NCBI GenBank assembly: GCA_965637545.1
Contig: OZ281494.1
Coordinates: 9,548,001 to 9,612,000 of the forward strand
Direction: 5' to 3'
Origin: Phallusia mammillata
Taxonomy: Eukaryota
Length of the DNA: 64,000 bases
Shown: in pieces, positions 36,331-49,778 of the stretch
How the letters are laid out: each line of letters begins with the position of its first letter
How positions within the stretch are numbered: position 1 is the stretch's first letter
Made by a program: the position numbers and the translations under genes
The notes under the pieces: generated by a model
Told to the model about the DNA's origin: nothing
The model's input: only the letters and a program-made list of their open reading frames with translations
The model's database searches: none

Positions 36331-37614
36331 TCTGAGTTTTAGAATTGACTTGTCGGCTATGATTGGAATTGAGAAAAAAAAACATGTGTTTAAGTATCAA
36401 AGAGGAAATGTTATATTACATCGTCAAAATGTATTGCACAAACAAATAAGGTCTGATTGAGTGTTATTTTTCAAACGAAGCGATGCGCAAAGCAGCCTTA
36501 AAATAGCAAATTTTAACTTACCTGATCTTGATACCGGTAGAACTTAACGATGTATCTTATGTCTGTTGATATTTTAATGTTTTTCTTTTTTAGACGGAAA
36601 CTGACGAAGCATGTTGCATGTTTGATACGTGAAGACAGATTCGTCGGTCACCACCTTGTAGCACAAACTGCTGATTTCTGAAGTCTGTTATAATGTCCAC
36701 GTACTTTTCACAAACGAGTCACATTTTATTTTATTTCACTAAGGATGAATTTACAGTAAAGCAAAAATTAAATATTTTCCGCTACAAAGCAAAATGCAAT
36801 TCAAAGTTGAGGAACAACTTCTATAATTTTATAAGGTATTTAAATGCATTTCCGGCAATAAACAGCTCAGTGGAAAAAAGCCGTGGAAATGCCGTAAATC
36901 ATATATAACAATGTGACCTTGCGTCATGTGACCTTTTTGCATGGGAAAAAGAAACGGTTGGGATAAGTCACCGTTGGTATGGTTGTAGGCTGTATAGGCC
37001 TACTCTCGACCTAGTTATATTACAGCTAATTTTTGACCTTTAAATCGTTCGAGCTGGAATACTTGGCCAAACGCTTTGAAAGTTTCCTTTTTATTGGAAA
37101 ATGGATTTTTCTTAACAGAGACTTGTCGAGGTTGGGAACTGCACCAAAGAGGTTTACAAGCTGAATAGTTCTTCCATGCGGGAAGTTAGACTTGTTGACT
37201 TGAGTTGTCCGAATTGTTTTAAGTATCCAAATAACAAACAGAATTCCACAGAAACTTCGCAACTTTATTGCATATACAAACTTATCTATTCTTATGTTGA
37301 TAAAAAGTCTGTTGCCGCATAATCGTTATATGCATTTTGTTTATCTCATTAAACTTAAGTGCTAACAAATTAAGCTGTGTACTCCACAAGTCGGATGGTG
37401 ATGAGCAACAGGTAACTGCTTTTGCTTCTCGATGTCGTGTGACAATGTTGCATTTTTTTGCAAAACTGTGGATAAATAAACAGTGGCCAGACAAGTTTTT
37501 TAGGCGCATGGAAATGTGTAATGTACATTTCAATTATTGATCAACTCAGTTATACCCACAGCGAAATTTAAAAACTTTGTACTTTATTATAATTTTATGC
37601 CATGCTTTGTTTAA

Positions 37615-39098
37615 TCAGCAAAAGTGCAGGAGCAGAGCAAAAAATGTTACCAACATTGCTATTGGTAAAGAATGGATTGAGTTAGATCTGTCTCCACAAT
37701 CTTCAACCATGGTTCCGTTAATCTCGCGTTGTACGCAGTCGTCTTCAATATCCTCACCGTTCTCATTGTTACAGTTGTTTGCTGAAACGTAGATTTTATA
37801 AAACCTGGGCCGAAAGTTTAATAGGCTGAAAACACACAGATAAGAAGCTGCAGTTCTAACAAACAAAAAGCCAATTCCAACGACATCCTTTCAATATATT
37901 TAATTCAGTAGACCCCCAGAATACCTGATTTTTATCGTTATTAATTGTTGGTAAATACACTTGTACCAAATTGTAAACTTAAACAATTTAATAAAACGTC
38001 AATGTTCGTACTGACATTGCACTCATAATTCAGACGAGTGTGGTCGACATTTGACGTTATTTTTGCTTTTATCTTTTGACACCATCCAACCATCAAAATC
38101 TAACACACTATACAAATCATGACGAAACACCTTTTATATAAGCGATATAATAACTGTTAACACAGTAACTTGATTTCATTTGTTGAAGTTTTATAATACA
38201 CCCTGGTGAAACTTTGTCCCGTTTGTCAAGCCAACGAGGCCTAATTTAATGTATAATATTACCATATGCGCAACTGTAATGGCAAACCAGTCCAGAAATC
38301 CCCAGAATAGTTCCATCGCCGCAGCCAAGGTTTAATGGAATTCCACATGATCTTGATATTCCGACTGTCTCTATTCCAAGAGTACCTACATGTACACTCA
38401 TTTAAAACCACATATTGTGTGATTTTGAGACTTATTTACTGATACCTATTTGTTTTTACATCTTTCAGTTAGTGGTTGTGCGCTTTTAACACGTCGCTAA
38501 CCACATTCTTAAAATTTCTATAGGCTACGCTCAATCGCTAATTCAGCTTTGTCTTAACGTATATATACTGCTTTATTAAGTCAATTTCGTATGACAAGCT
38601 TATGTCCTAGAAAGTAATAAACATTTGCGTCAAACCCTCATTGTTTGCGTTATGCATCAAAAGTGTTTGTTACAGTGCCATTGAGTAAACACTTATCTTA
38701 ACTTTTGTCAAAAATCCGAGGTTTAAGTGATATACTTTTTTCGCACTTACGGGCTTTGACCACATCAGTCACGCAAGCTAGACTCTTATTCTGGCAGTTG
38801 ACACTCCATTTTCGGTCCACGTCCGGTCCAGAACATGTCTTCCCCACTTCGACCCCAGCAATAGATGTATAAGTACATTGGTAGCACCGGATACAGGTAC
38901 CTGAAAATAATTTAGATCAATTGCCAACTGACACGGACTTGACGAACCCAAACTTGTTTTTTTCAACAAATATATATAGTTTAGAGGCATTTAAATGACT
39001 AAATTGTAATGTGTTTAAAAAAGAAACGTTCAGAATAGAACATTACCTACCCGTTGCCACAAATGAAGTAAGCAAAAATACCACGACTTGCCTTTCAT
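37615..39098 (-). CDS. Ly6/uPAR (three-finger) GPI-anchored protein, copy B; exons 39098-39051, 38900-38751, 38385-38263, 37781-37615
   Basis: IRCYQC...C...C...C...RSCG...GCG...VCHYSCAYANNCN, then an acidic stalk and a hydrophobic GPI signal. Exons 2 and 3 have the same sizes (150, 123) as in copy A. Exon 1 is 1 nt short (A-run after the ATG), so this is either an assembly error or a pseudogene. Confidence 0.75.
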
Positions 39099-40261
39099 GT
39101 CGAAGTTCCAAATAATTTGTCGCTCAAATTTGTTGGTTAAAACGCTATCAGTCAATACAGAGAATAACTACTTCGCGAATTGTCAACGTTTTTATTTAAA
39201 AATTTTATCTTTTTATTTTTTTCCAGTTTTACATAGAGGTTACTGGCGAAACCATAACTTTTTCACATGATTGTGGAACGATGGATTAATATAGGAAAAA
39301 TGGAAAAAAATAACCATAAAAGTTCATGTCACTTTGTCTTAACGTCGTGTGACCTTACTGCCTTCAGGCACAGGAAACTTGATCCTATTGTAACCGCGGG
39401 TTAGTCTTACTAAAAGTGGCTTTACAAACTCTTGAACTTACTGCAGGTGCATCCAAAGCGCAGCCTGCGATCGCATTTGACGTGACTTCTTAGAGTATTT
39501 AAATTTTTAGTTTTTAACATTGCCCCAAAAGGTTAAATTAAATTTTTGGCGTAGTGCGACTCAAAGTTAAAGCTTTACAATGAATCTTTACCATATAGAT
39601 GTCGATATAGAAGAGAATTTATTCCTTAAGATAAGCAAATATTTTTTTTCGCAATGCCCATGTGCTCAAGGCACAAAGTGTTGAAAAATTTGCCTGCGCT
39701 GAGGCATTTGTAAGAAATTTTATTGTTTTGTGTTGCAGTTGGTTTTCAAACTAAAATTCTTTTACTTACTTTGCATATGTTTCCATTGTCATCTTGTAAT
39801 GTTTGTTTGGATTTGGACTAAAAGCAACGACACTTGTAATATTTCTGCGATTATGTTATTTGATACACATTGCATGTATTTAATTTATCATGCAATATCT
39901 GCAAGGTGTGAACATTCCTGTCACCGTTTTGGAAAGCCTAGTTTGCTTCGTTTAAAGCTTTCAGTATACAGGCATATAATGTTTTAAAACCGGTGATTAT
40001 GCTTAATTTATAGTAACGTGCTTTTAAAAAGTAACGTGCTTACATTACAGGGTCTTTAAAAAAATCTATGTTTAGGTATTATGTTTGTGACGATTATAGA
40101 ACAGGTTTGCAAACAAAATTTATTGGGACGGAAAAATTCACAATGTACATTTCATTTCATTGATTTAGGTTCAAACATTGATGTATATAATTATTCACAT
40201 GAAATAAGAATTTGGTTACTAAATTGTAGTACTGAAATGTTTATGCAACGCGAAATATGTT

Positions 40262-42665
40262 TCACGCCTGGAAGATATGCAGAAGCAGAGCAACAAATGT
40301 TGCTAACATTGCTATTGGCAATGAATGAATTGAGTTAGATCCGTCGCCACAATCTTTGACAGTGGTGCCGTTAACCTCAACTTGTTCGCAGTCGTCATCA
40401 TCGTCAACCACAATATCTTCACCGTTATGATTGTTGCAGTAGTCACCTAACACGTAAAATCGACAAACTATGTTTGAATAGGGCAGAGTAAAAGTAAGAC
40501 AGAACCAAACATTTGTACGGTTAAGTGCAAGTTACTTATTTCGAGTTTGGTCGAAGCTATTATATTATCTTTACAACTGACATCACATCACTATATTTAC
40601 ATCTGACGTCACGTTATATATAATGAATCCAACCTTGGGGGTCGACTAAAAGTCCGACTGCCTGACTGGGCTGACTGACCTGACTTCGGCGGCAGTGTTT
40701 CACAAAATATTTTTGCAAATTTTGGCGATTGGGAAAGGCCTGACTTGGGTGATTGAGAATTGGGTTGGGGCTGGGGTTAGGATCAGGGTAGAAGTTTCAC
40801 CGAGAATATATTGTAAAAAACTGCCGCCGAAGTCATGCCAGTCAGGCAGTCAGGCAGTCAGGCTTTTAGTCAAACCCCCAACATTGTTCCAGATAACACA
40901 GATTAAGTAAGCGTAATTAAGCTATACCCTTAATTCATATTTTGTGTATTTTTGTCCCACCTAGCTGTAAAAACTAGAATATTTTTGAAGATTTAGAGTA
41001 TACTGTGTGACAGTTAGTCGCTGTCCCACTCTCATTCTGAAATAATATAAATTTCATGTTTACCATTGTGACAACTGTAGTGGCTCACAAGTCCAGAAAT
41101 CCCAAGAATAGTTCCATCGCCGCAGCCAAGATTCAATGGAATTCCACATGATCTGATTATTCCGACAGACTCTATTCCGAGAACACCTACAATAATTTTT
41201 AACTGCCTGTCAAACGATTTTTTTATTATTTACTTGCTTTTAATTTAGGAGAAGAAGTTTTCCAACGATATAATGCCAATGTGAAAATTGTTTTAATACC
41301 ACGCCCCACAGGTTTTGTGATAAGAAGTTGATTTTATGGTTCTTTAAATCGTTTAAAAAGGTCAAATTTTATTACAAAATTAAAGTCAAGCAAGCACTCT
41401 AAGTTGAAAGAGAATTGATGCAGAAGCAGTCATAAAATTGTCTATACTGTTTAATGTCTTCTCTTAACAGGACATGATCGAAACTTTTATTATTAAATGC
41501 AAATTAGGATGTTAATCCTGCAGTAAACTCGTTGGCTTCACCGTTTTATAGCTGCACGAGCACGTATCATGTTTTTTCTTCACTTTTACCCAAACTTTAA
41601 AAAGATATTTCTTGTAATTGTAACTTTTTTTACTTCTGCAAATTGTTTTATGTCTTGCGGTTGTTTTGAAGCAATGTTAACAGCGGTTGTTATTGTCAGG
41701 GATACGAAACGCGGCGATAGGTCTTTGTTACTGTTTCAGGCAAAATGGAACAGCTAATACTAATTTACATTTGTACACTCAAAAATAGTTTGCCGACAAG
41801 TGGTTTCAGTTCCAACAAGAAAAAAATAGAATGCATTTTGCAACTAATTATCCAAATCTTGCTCTGTCAATGAAAAGAGCTAAATAACGCAAAGAGTCTA
41901 AGCGTCAATCTTCGCTCCAAACAAAAGTAAGCTTTTGTGAAATGAAAGTGATACTGCTAGCAGAGTTAATTTCAAAATATCAAGGGAATTCGCTCCTCCG
42001 ACGGAAGTTCTTCATGTCAGTTACTATCTTAAAGATACCTTTTTGATAAGTTGGTTGCAACAAACGTTATAACAACGTTAGCATGCGGCCCGCCACAAAC
42101 ATTTTTTGCTACTCCGGCCCTTGACTCGTTTCAAGTTGTGCGGGCCTGTATTACATACAAAAGATCTCGTTTATTATTTCATGACAATTTCTTTAACTGC
42201 CTCGAAAAATTGACAAATTTAACACATAAATAGGTATGTGGTAGTTGTTTAAATATTTGTTTTAACACAAAGTTACAAGATTTTCAAATTTTTTGTTAAG
42301 GTTGCGTTTACTTAACACTTACTGGCTTTAATCACATCAGTTATGCAAGCTGAATATTCAGTCGGGCATTCGATTCTCCATTTTTCGTTCACATCTGGTC
42401 CTTCACATGAATCATCTAAGGCGACTCCAGCTACGGATGCATGTGTGCAATTGTAACACCGAATACTGATGCCTAAAAAACAATAAAAACAGATACCAAA
42501 GCGCATTGGCGTTATAATATCCCAAGAAACCAAATTGAAATAACACCCTTTAACAAAACAGTTTCGTTTTAGGATTAAGATCCAGTTTGAGTCGTTCGAA
42601 AAAAGTCTTTACTTACCCTTCGCCCAAAAAGCGGCAAACAATAATATGACAAGTTGAATTTTCAT
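40262..42665 (-). CDS. Ly6/uPAR (three-finger) GPI-anchored protein, copy A; exons 42665-42617, 42472-42323, 41186-41064, 40446-40262
   Basis: Signal peptide MKIQLVILLFAAFWAKG; IRCYNC...HYSCHNGDYCN; acidic stalk VDDDDDC; C-terminal GPI-type tail. All introns are phase 1, GT-AG. Confidence 0.85.
40637..40879. mobile_element. MITE with long (~80 bp) imperfect TIRs and a GGGTTAGG-like core, in Ly6-A intron 3
   Basis: GGGGGTCGACTAAAAG...GACTTCGGCGGCAGT pairs with ACTGCCGCCGAAGTC...CTTTTAGTCAAACCCCC. Flanks AACCTT / AACATT are a possible 6-bp TSD. Confidence 0.7.
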
Positions 42666-44206
42666 GTTAAAAATGCAAAAAAACTTTAAAGTTTAAACCC
42701 TGCCTTGTGAAAATCGCTTGTCAAAACACAAGTTGATCAGCATTAAGAATGGCCACGTGTCGGACGATCAACGCATTTATGCAAAATCATTTTTTCCGTT
42801 TTCTTTTGTTTTGTCATGGGATTTTGGGCAGGTAGAAAGGGATTGTATGGTGTTTACATTAACTTTATTTGAGTTAGGGAATTTAGAATTTGGATACAAT
42901 GCTTGCGCCAAACAATGGAAACGATACTCGTAAAATGTAAATTCAAATCGACTGTTTAACTTGCAGAAAATCTCTTATAGTCTGGTATATAGTCACAAGG
43001 TTTTACGGCATTTTTACTGGACTTAAACGAGGTAATACTTTCTCTAGGCAAACAGTCAAACTGCGCACCAAACAGTTCTGGAAAACTGAGTTATAACTTT
43101 TAAAAACTAAACATGGTGCTGGTTTCAGAAACCTAAACTGATCCGTTTGCAATTGATCAACTGCTTTATATCGGGTCCCTACTTCGTTAAGTATAATATT
43201 CCCCCTTAAAACATAACCATCAAAAAATACTCATCAGGATTTAGTAAAAATCTTGTCCAAGACTCTTGTTTCCTTTTGAGGATTGCTAAAAACACAGACC
43301 GAGATCAATTGTTTTGACACCCGTTTACGGACCAGCGCTTATGTTTGTTTGCGCAAGTGTCTATTGCAGCTATAGCTGATTTAATAGTTTTAAGCTTTAC
43401 TTTTTGGTATGTTACTGTTTTTGTCGTTACTGTTCTATATGTGATAACTTACATAACAAAATAATTTTACCAAAATGCTTATTTCAATCAGTGAAGAAGC
43501 GAAGGTTATGATTGTAGGAAAAAGGTAACCCACTGAGCTACCTCTTCAAGCCTGCTTTGCATATACGTAGTTCCTAAATATAGACAATAGCGTCCTGTAA
43601 AACTTCATAAGGGTAATTAATCGCTTGCACGTATGTGCAGCAGAGTATACCTGAAAAATTCCCGTTGCCTAAAGTTCGTCTCCGCTACTTGACTCTTAAT
43701 GATGCTTCAGTGCCTTATATAGCTGCGCTTAAGTGTAGTTAGAGGGTCAAATGTATATAACTTGAAGTATTATAGTTGGAAAACCCGAAATAGCCCGGAG
43801 TTTTGTGTTTTAAAAATGTACCCGATACCGAGAAAGCAGATTTAAAAAAAATTATGATGCCAAATCTTAAAGATTAATTCTAATTCTTGATTCGTATTTA
43901 AGCTTAAAGACGCTTGATAGAGCTCTTGGGGTGGAATTGAAGTCACGCTTAGAAAAAAATATGCAAATTGTGATAGAAAAATCAGTATTTGTTTATTCAA
44001 GTCCACCTGGTAGCAAAATTAAAGTACCGATATCTGTGACGCAGTGTATTGGAAAATTGCATCTTCAAAAAATACTTTACTAATACAGTATTTGGAAAAC
44101 AATTAAACAGTCGCAATTTTAGGCCCATCAAATGTACGATGAAAGGAATGTGAATGATATATGCTGTCTAAACATGTTCTTTGTAAAATATATCCTTGCT
44201 GAAAGA

Positions 44207-47200
44207 ATGATGGCAATTGCGTTCTTTGTTGTTTTTTCTTTATCCTCAATACATCACGGTAAGTGATAAGGAAAACATGCATTTATTCCTTTGAAACTAT
44301 AGGCAAAATCACACTTAAAAAGTATCATGTGACTGATTTTAAAAACACGTACAATTCCGTCTCATAATTTAGAGTAGATTTTTCGACAAGTTAACAGTTG
44401 TGTTGTCTCAAATTATACATGTTTGGTTAAAGATTAGTACCACTTTATACGTCATGGTGTGTTTTATGATTTTTTGACTCAAGCAATCGTGTCAACTTCA
44501 ACTGCCAACTTCAAAGAACAAAAAAAAGACAATGAAATTTCGGGCCAAGTATTCAATTTACTATTATACTCCCAATAATTTTTGAAATATCACAGTGCGG
44601 GGATCCCCTGGAAGAGCAAACTGTCGCGCTGAAGATGGTTTCTTCCGTTGTTTGTACACTGGCGTTTGCATTCCACGTTATAAAGTTCGAAGTTACGGAA
44701 GCGACTGTTGGTTGGGTTCGGTGTCAGATGAAAGCGACGAGGATAGAGGTCAGATCAAGTAAACATTTTACCTAGCGGCTTTAATTGTCTATTCATCACA
44801 ACAACGATAACACATAGGGCAGTATCTTACTTCAAAATGTTAAATTTCAGAACCTTTGAATTGCACCGATGATGAATTTCGATGCCGCTCTCTCCAAAAG
44901 TGTGTACCACGTTATCTTCTCAACACAAAGGAAAGTTGCAAATTAAACGAGGGCTTGATACTTCCATGCCGAAAGCAGACAGGTTGGTTGGTTTGTGGTT
45001 GCTAAACTATAACTTAAAATCTTTTTATATGTTGCCAAGCAACTAACGCTATAATCTCATCATAGAATTCACGTGCAAACGCAGCAAGTTGTGTATTCCA
45101 CGGTGGATGGTGAGGAACGGCAAGCGCGATTGCGACACAATGATAGTGGAGGACGGAAGTGACGAAACAATCACTCTCACCTCATGTGACGTTTCGGAAT
45201 TTCCCTGTTCAAACAACACTTCCTCACCACTACAGTGCATTCCGAGGGCATGGGTTGGAGACGGTGTGAAAGATTGTGCAAATGGAAGGGATGAAATTAC
45301 GAACTTGACAAGTTGTTACAATGACACAGAGTTTCGGTGTAACACAAACGGGCGCTGTTTGGCGCGACATCGAGTGATGAATGATTTTCCTGATTGTCCT
45401 GATGGTTCCGATGAAAAGCAAGCTCTTAAATGCATTCCAGACAAAGAGTTTCGATGCCATGACAACGGTCGTTGCATTCCGCGCTCGTGGCGAGGAAACA
45501 CATTTATGAATTGTAACGATGGAAGCGACGAAATTCCATGGAACGCCAACGAAACTTGCTTTGATGGCGAATTTCGTTGTCACAACGGCAAGCGATGTAT
45601 TCCCATCTACATGCTGTGTGATGGCATGGATCACTGCGGTGACTGCAGCGACGAGATTGAGAGCTGCACTGATCCCAGGATGCTTCGTTGTCCTAACGAG
45701 CCAGGTACGTGTGTGCTTCCCACCTATTCTTGCGATGAATTTGCAGACTGCCCAGGAAATGCCGAGGACGTCCTATATACCACTGGTTTTAAGTGTAACA
45801 AAGTTGTGGCCGGACTTGACCGTACAGTGTACTGCGTTCTGCCTCAATGGTCATTAACCGATGAATATCCGATTTGCAAAGATTCATCAGACTTGTGTTC
45901 TGTCAACGGAACTTTCAGATGCCATCGGTGTTTGTATTCGGACATGATTATTTCACCCAAACAGTTATGTGACGGTATTTTTGACTCCCCTGACCTAACA
46001 GACGAATGTCTTTGCGCCCGAAATGTTCCGGGTTCGGTTTCGTCAATATATCTGTGTGACAATGTGTGCTACGGAGATCCTGGCAACCCTGCTTGTTCGT
46101 TGTGCAGCATAGGGCAAGTAAAATGTGGATTGGAAGACGTATGTATTTCCAAATCACGAGTGTGCGATGGTAAAGTGGATTGTCCTATAACAAAGCTTGA
46201 TGAGCTTTACTGCGGCAGATCAACCAATCAGTACAACCCGGTGAACTCGAAAAATTTTCATTGCGACCCTATTCCACAAGAAATAAGTAAAGTTGTTCAA
46301 ACGCTCTTAACCAAGGATGTCATAAACACCTTAGCTCCTTTGCAAGCTACGAAGTAGGTGGCTTTTTTGTATTACAAGAGAAATATGCATGTTTCATTAA
46401 TGGAGTTTGTTTGCTTTGCTTCAGGTGTAACAATGTTGTGGAGTGTTCAAGATTCGAAGACGAGTGCAGCGAGAGAGCAAATTGCAGTATGAGACATCCA
46501 GTGTGCGACCAAATTCCGATGGGCATGGTAATGTTTTGACTTAAGGGATAATTTCATCCTTCACACTTCCTGTAGTGTGTTCTATTGAAAGACTTTGATT
46601 TGGTTCAAAACGGTACCTAAGTTATAGTTATATGCTGCTTACAATTGTGTTTTGTTGAAACCATGTGTAATACGCAATTTTTTTAGTGGGTTATCTCTGG
46701 ACACTTAGTCGGTGGAGATTTACTTCGAGTGCCAGCACGAATTTGTCAACTACAATTTGGCACCAGTTCCATCCTAGGCTCATCAATTTGCAACGGATTT
46801 GATGAGTGTCAGAAAGGCTACGACGAAGCGACATGTCCAGGTCGCTTTCGATGCGCAGCAGGACAAGTCGAAACCTTGGTGTTTGGTGAGATTTTGTTTA
46901 TCATTCAGACCTGAAAGAGGCTGTAATTGCTTTTAGGATATTAGGCAATGACTTTAATTATTCGTACAAAAGTTGTAGGTCAGGTCGCACTTTTCGGCTC
47001 AGATTCGGGCATTTTTTAACAAACGGGCTTGGTTTGGAACTGACTTCACATTCTGTGTCAGCATTTTCCAATGAAATTACTGAGGTAAATAGCTTAATTG
47101 GACTTAAACCTAATGCTTAACAGAACTAAAACGCCTTGTTTAAGCCATTGCCCATCATTTTACATTGTATATGTGTACTTCATTATTTTCAGTATATACG

Positions 47201-48835
47201 TACTTTTTGTAAGCTTTCAAATATTGGCCTGCCAATCAGTTTTTCAGGCGTCTCGAAAAATAACTTTGGTTTGGGCCGGATTTGGGATAGAATTTCCAGG
47301 TCCAGTGAAACTCTGTTGTATACAATTTCCCCAATCAATCTTTATTGATGGGTCATACTAAAGTCGACTTACTTCGTTCAGGTGTTCGTGATCGTGTAAG
47401 CATTCCAGTCCAGAAAACATGCGACCTGGTCTCCGATTGCATCAACTCCACAGACGAACTTAACTGTTCCGAATCCACACACTTCTACTGCCTTAACAAG
47501 TCACCTCCATTTGTACCAAGAACCAAAGTTCTCGATGGCGTTTCAGACTGCAGCGATTCCTCAGACGAATGTCCTCCGAACTACTTCAAAAACGACGCAC
47601 TTGCCTCAAACGAGCAAATGATCAAAATCCGAACCCTCGAGATCCTGGTTTGGTTTATGGCCGTATTGGCGTTGTTTGGCAACCTTGCAGTAATGGTGAA
47701 CACAGCGGTTTACTTCAAACAAATCAAAATCAATCAATTGCAAAACAAAGTAGGCTTAATCAACAACGCAATGATTTTCAACTTAGCAACAGCTGATCTT
47801 CTCATGGGTATTGTTCTCCTGGTTGTTGGAATCAAGGCAGTAGAGTTTTCAGGGAGTTACTGTCTTTTTGACAAGTTGTGGAGATCTAGTAACTTGTGCA
47901 ACGCAATTGGTGCCATGACAGTGATTTCCAGTGAGACATCAGTGCTTACATTAGTTTGTATCACATCATATCGTCTCTACATTATCTGTAAACCGTTTGA
48001 AACTCGTTGTATCAGGGGCAGAATTGCAATAATGTGGATCTGTATCATTTGGTTTGTCTCCTTTCTTCTTGCTTTGCTTCCACTTTCTACCGTCTTGTCT
48101 GGAAATATGTTAAACAGCGCTCAAATCACGCCTAGTCCTTATTTCTATTCTGATCAAGTGAAACTTACCGACTTCAGGCAATTTGCTCTGCGAATCGCTG
48201 CTTTAGGCAACAAAACTCAGCAAAATATTGAGTCATACAATTGGGACGAACTTAACGCTTATCTAACCTCGGAACAAAGCTCCGTGGCGCCATCCACTGT
48301 CGGTTATTTTGGTTACTACAGCAGCAGTAGCGTTTGCATTCCGCGTCTGTTTCGCATCAGCAAAAACGAATCAGGCGTCAACCCAATGTCGTCCATTGTA
48401 ATCTCGTTCAACTTTGTGGCACTTCTTTACATTGCTTCGTCTTATGTTGCCATTTACATCAAATCGAGTGGCAATGAGGTGACTAAATCCAACAAGGTGA
48501 AGAACAAACAGAATGTGAGCATGCAACGGAAAATCACATTGCTCATAGCAACTGACATGTGCTGCTGGTTACCGATTTGCATCATGACATTTCTTAGTAT
48601 GTCAGGAGTTGTTCTGCCTCCGGCTTCCTATGCAGTTTCAGCAGTGGTTCTCCTGCCCATCAACAGCTCACTCAACCCGATGATTTACAATAACTTTCCA
48701 CAGATGGTCTATTCCAAAATCCGATTTCTTATCAACAAAGCCAGAAGTTGCTTCAATTCTTCGCCATTGCGCAACGCCGTGCATCGGCCATCAGCCGAGC
48801 TTGAAATGCCCAACAAAAATGTCACTAAAGTGTAA
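44207..48835 (+). CDS. Class A GPCR with ~15 LDLa-like repeats and no LRRs, copy A; exons 44207-44258, 44596-44748, 44851-44982, 45066-46353, 46425-46527, 46687-46885, 47382-48835
   Basis: Signal peptide; repeated C..EFRC..GxCIP..xDG..DC.DGSDE modules; 7TM with LALFGN, NLATADLLMG, TDMCCWLPI, LPINSSLNPMIY, similar to LGR/RXFP/GRL101 7TM regions. Junction phases checked by hand. Confidence 0.85.
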
Positions 48836-49578
48836 CCTACAAATTTTTTAACGTAAATTGGCCATAACACCACGAAAGGCAGGTTACTCTTTAGGACTAA
48901 ATTTAGATAGTTGTAGTCTATTAATTATATACGTGGACTACCTTTTGTCTGACGTTTCTGTAAATCAAACCCTTGGGCTGTCAGATGTCAGTAATGCCCT
49001 AAAATTTATAACTTTATGTGAATAAGTGAAACTTTCACCAAGTAAAGCTGTATACGAGTCCCCGCCACTTGACGCTTGTGCAACGATATAGCTAAAGCGT
49101 GCCCTTTTGCTTTTCATCTTTTGCTCATCTGTGCCTTTTTGCTTTTTGCGCTCCTTGCCGTTTAACATTACGCAGCTTTTACCCGCTTGGGTAAATGCTA
49201 TAGCGCGACTGTGCTGCTACGATTTGTTCTACGAGCAAACGAAACTCAAATCAAGCACGTCCTTGAAGGAGTAGAGTGTTAAAAACATGATTTGCAGACA
49301 CAAACTGTTGCTGTTGTGTGTTTTTGTACAGACTGCATGATGTTGCTTACAAGTATGACATGTTTCGTTTGAAACTGAACTTGTTGACTTATTCCAATAG
49401 CGTATTCAAGAATTATGCTTTAATATTTTTACTGAAAAAAATTGTTGTTTGAACATTACTGCCATTTGTCACTTCTTTCAATTACATTGTCGTTTTGCCT
49501 GGACGCAGCGACAAGTTCATTATTTCCGCAACTCTCTCGATGTTAATGTGTTTACTCATTTTCGCAACAGAAAAATTT

Positions 49579-49778
49579 NNNNNNNNNNNNNNNNNNNNNN
49601 NNNNNNNNNNNNNNNNNNNNNNNNNNNNNNNNNNNNNNNNNNNNNNNNNNNNNNNNNNNNNNNNNNNNNNNNNNNNNNNNNNNNNNNNNNNNNNNNNNNN
49701 NNNNNNNNNNNNNNNNNNNNNNNNNNNNNNNNNNNNNNNNNNNNNNNNNNNNNNNNNNNNNNNNNNNNNNNNNNNNNN
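49579..49778. other. Assembly gap (200 N)
   Basis: Run of N. The flanks show it falls inside a tandem duplication, so the true gap is probably several kb. Confidence 1.
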
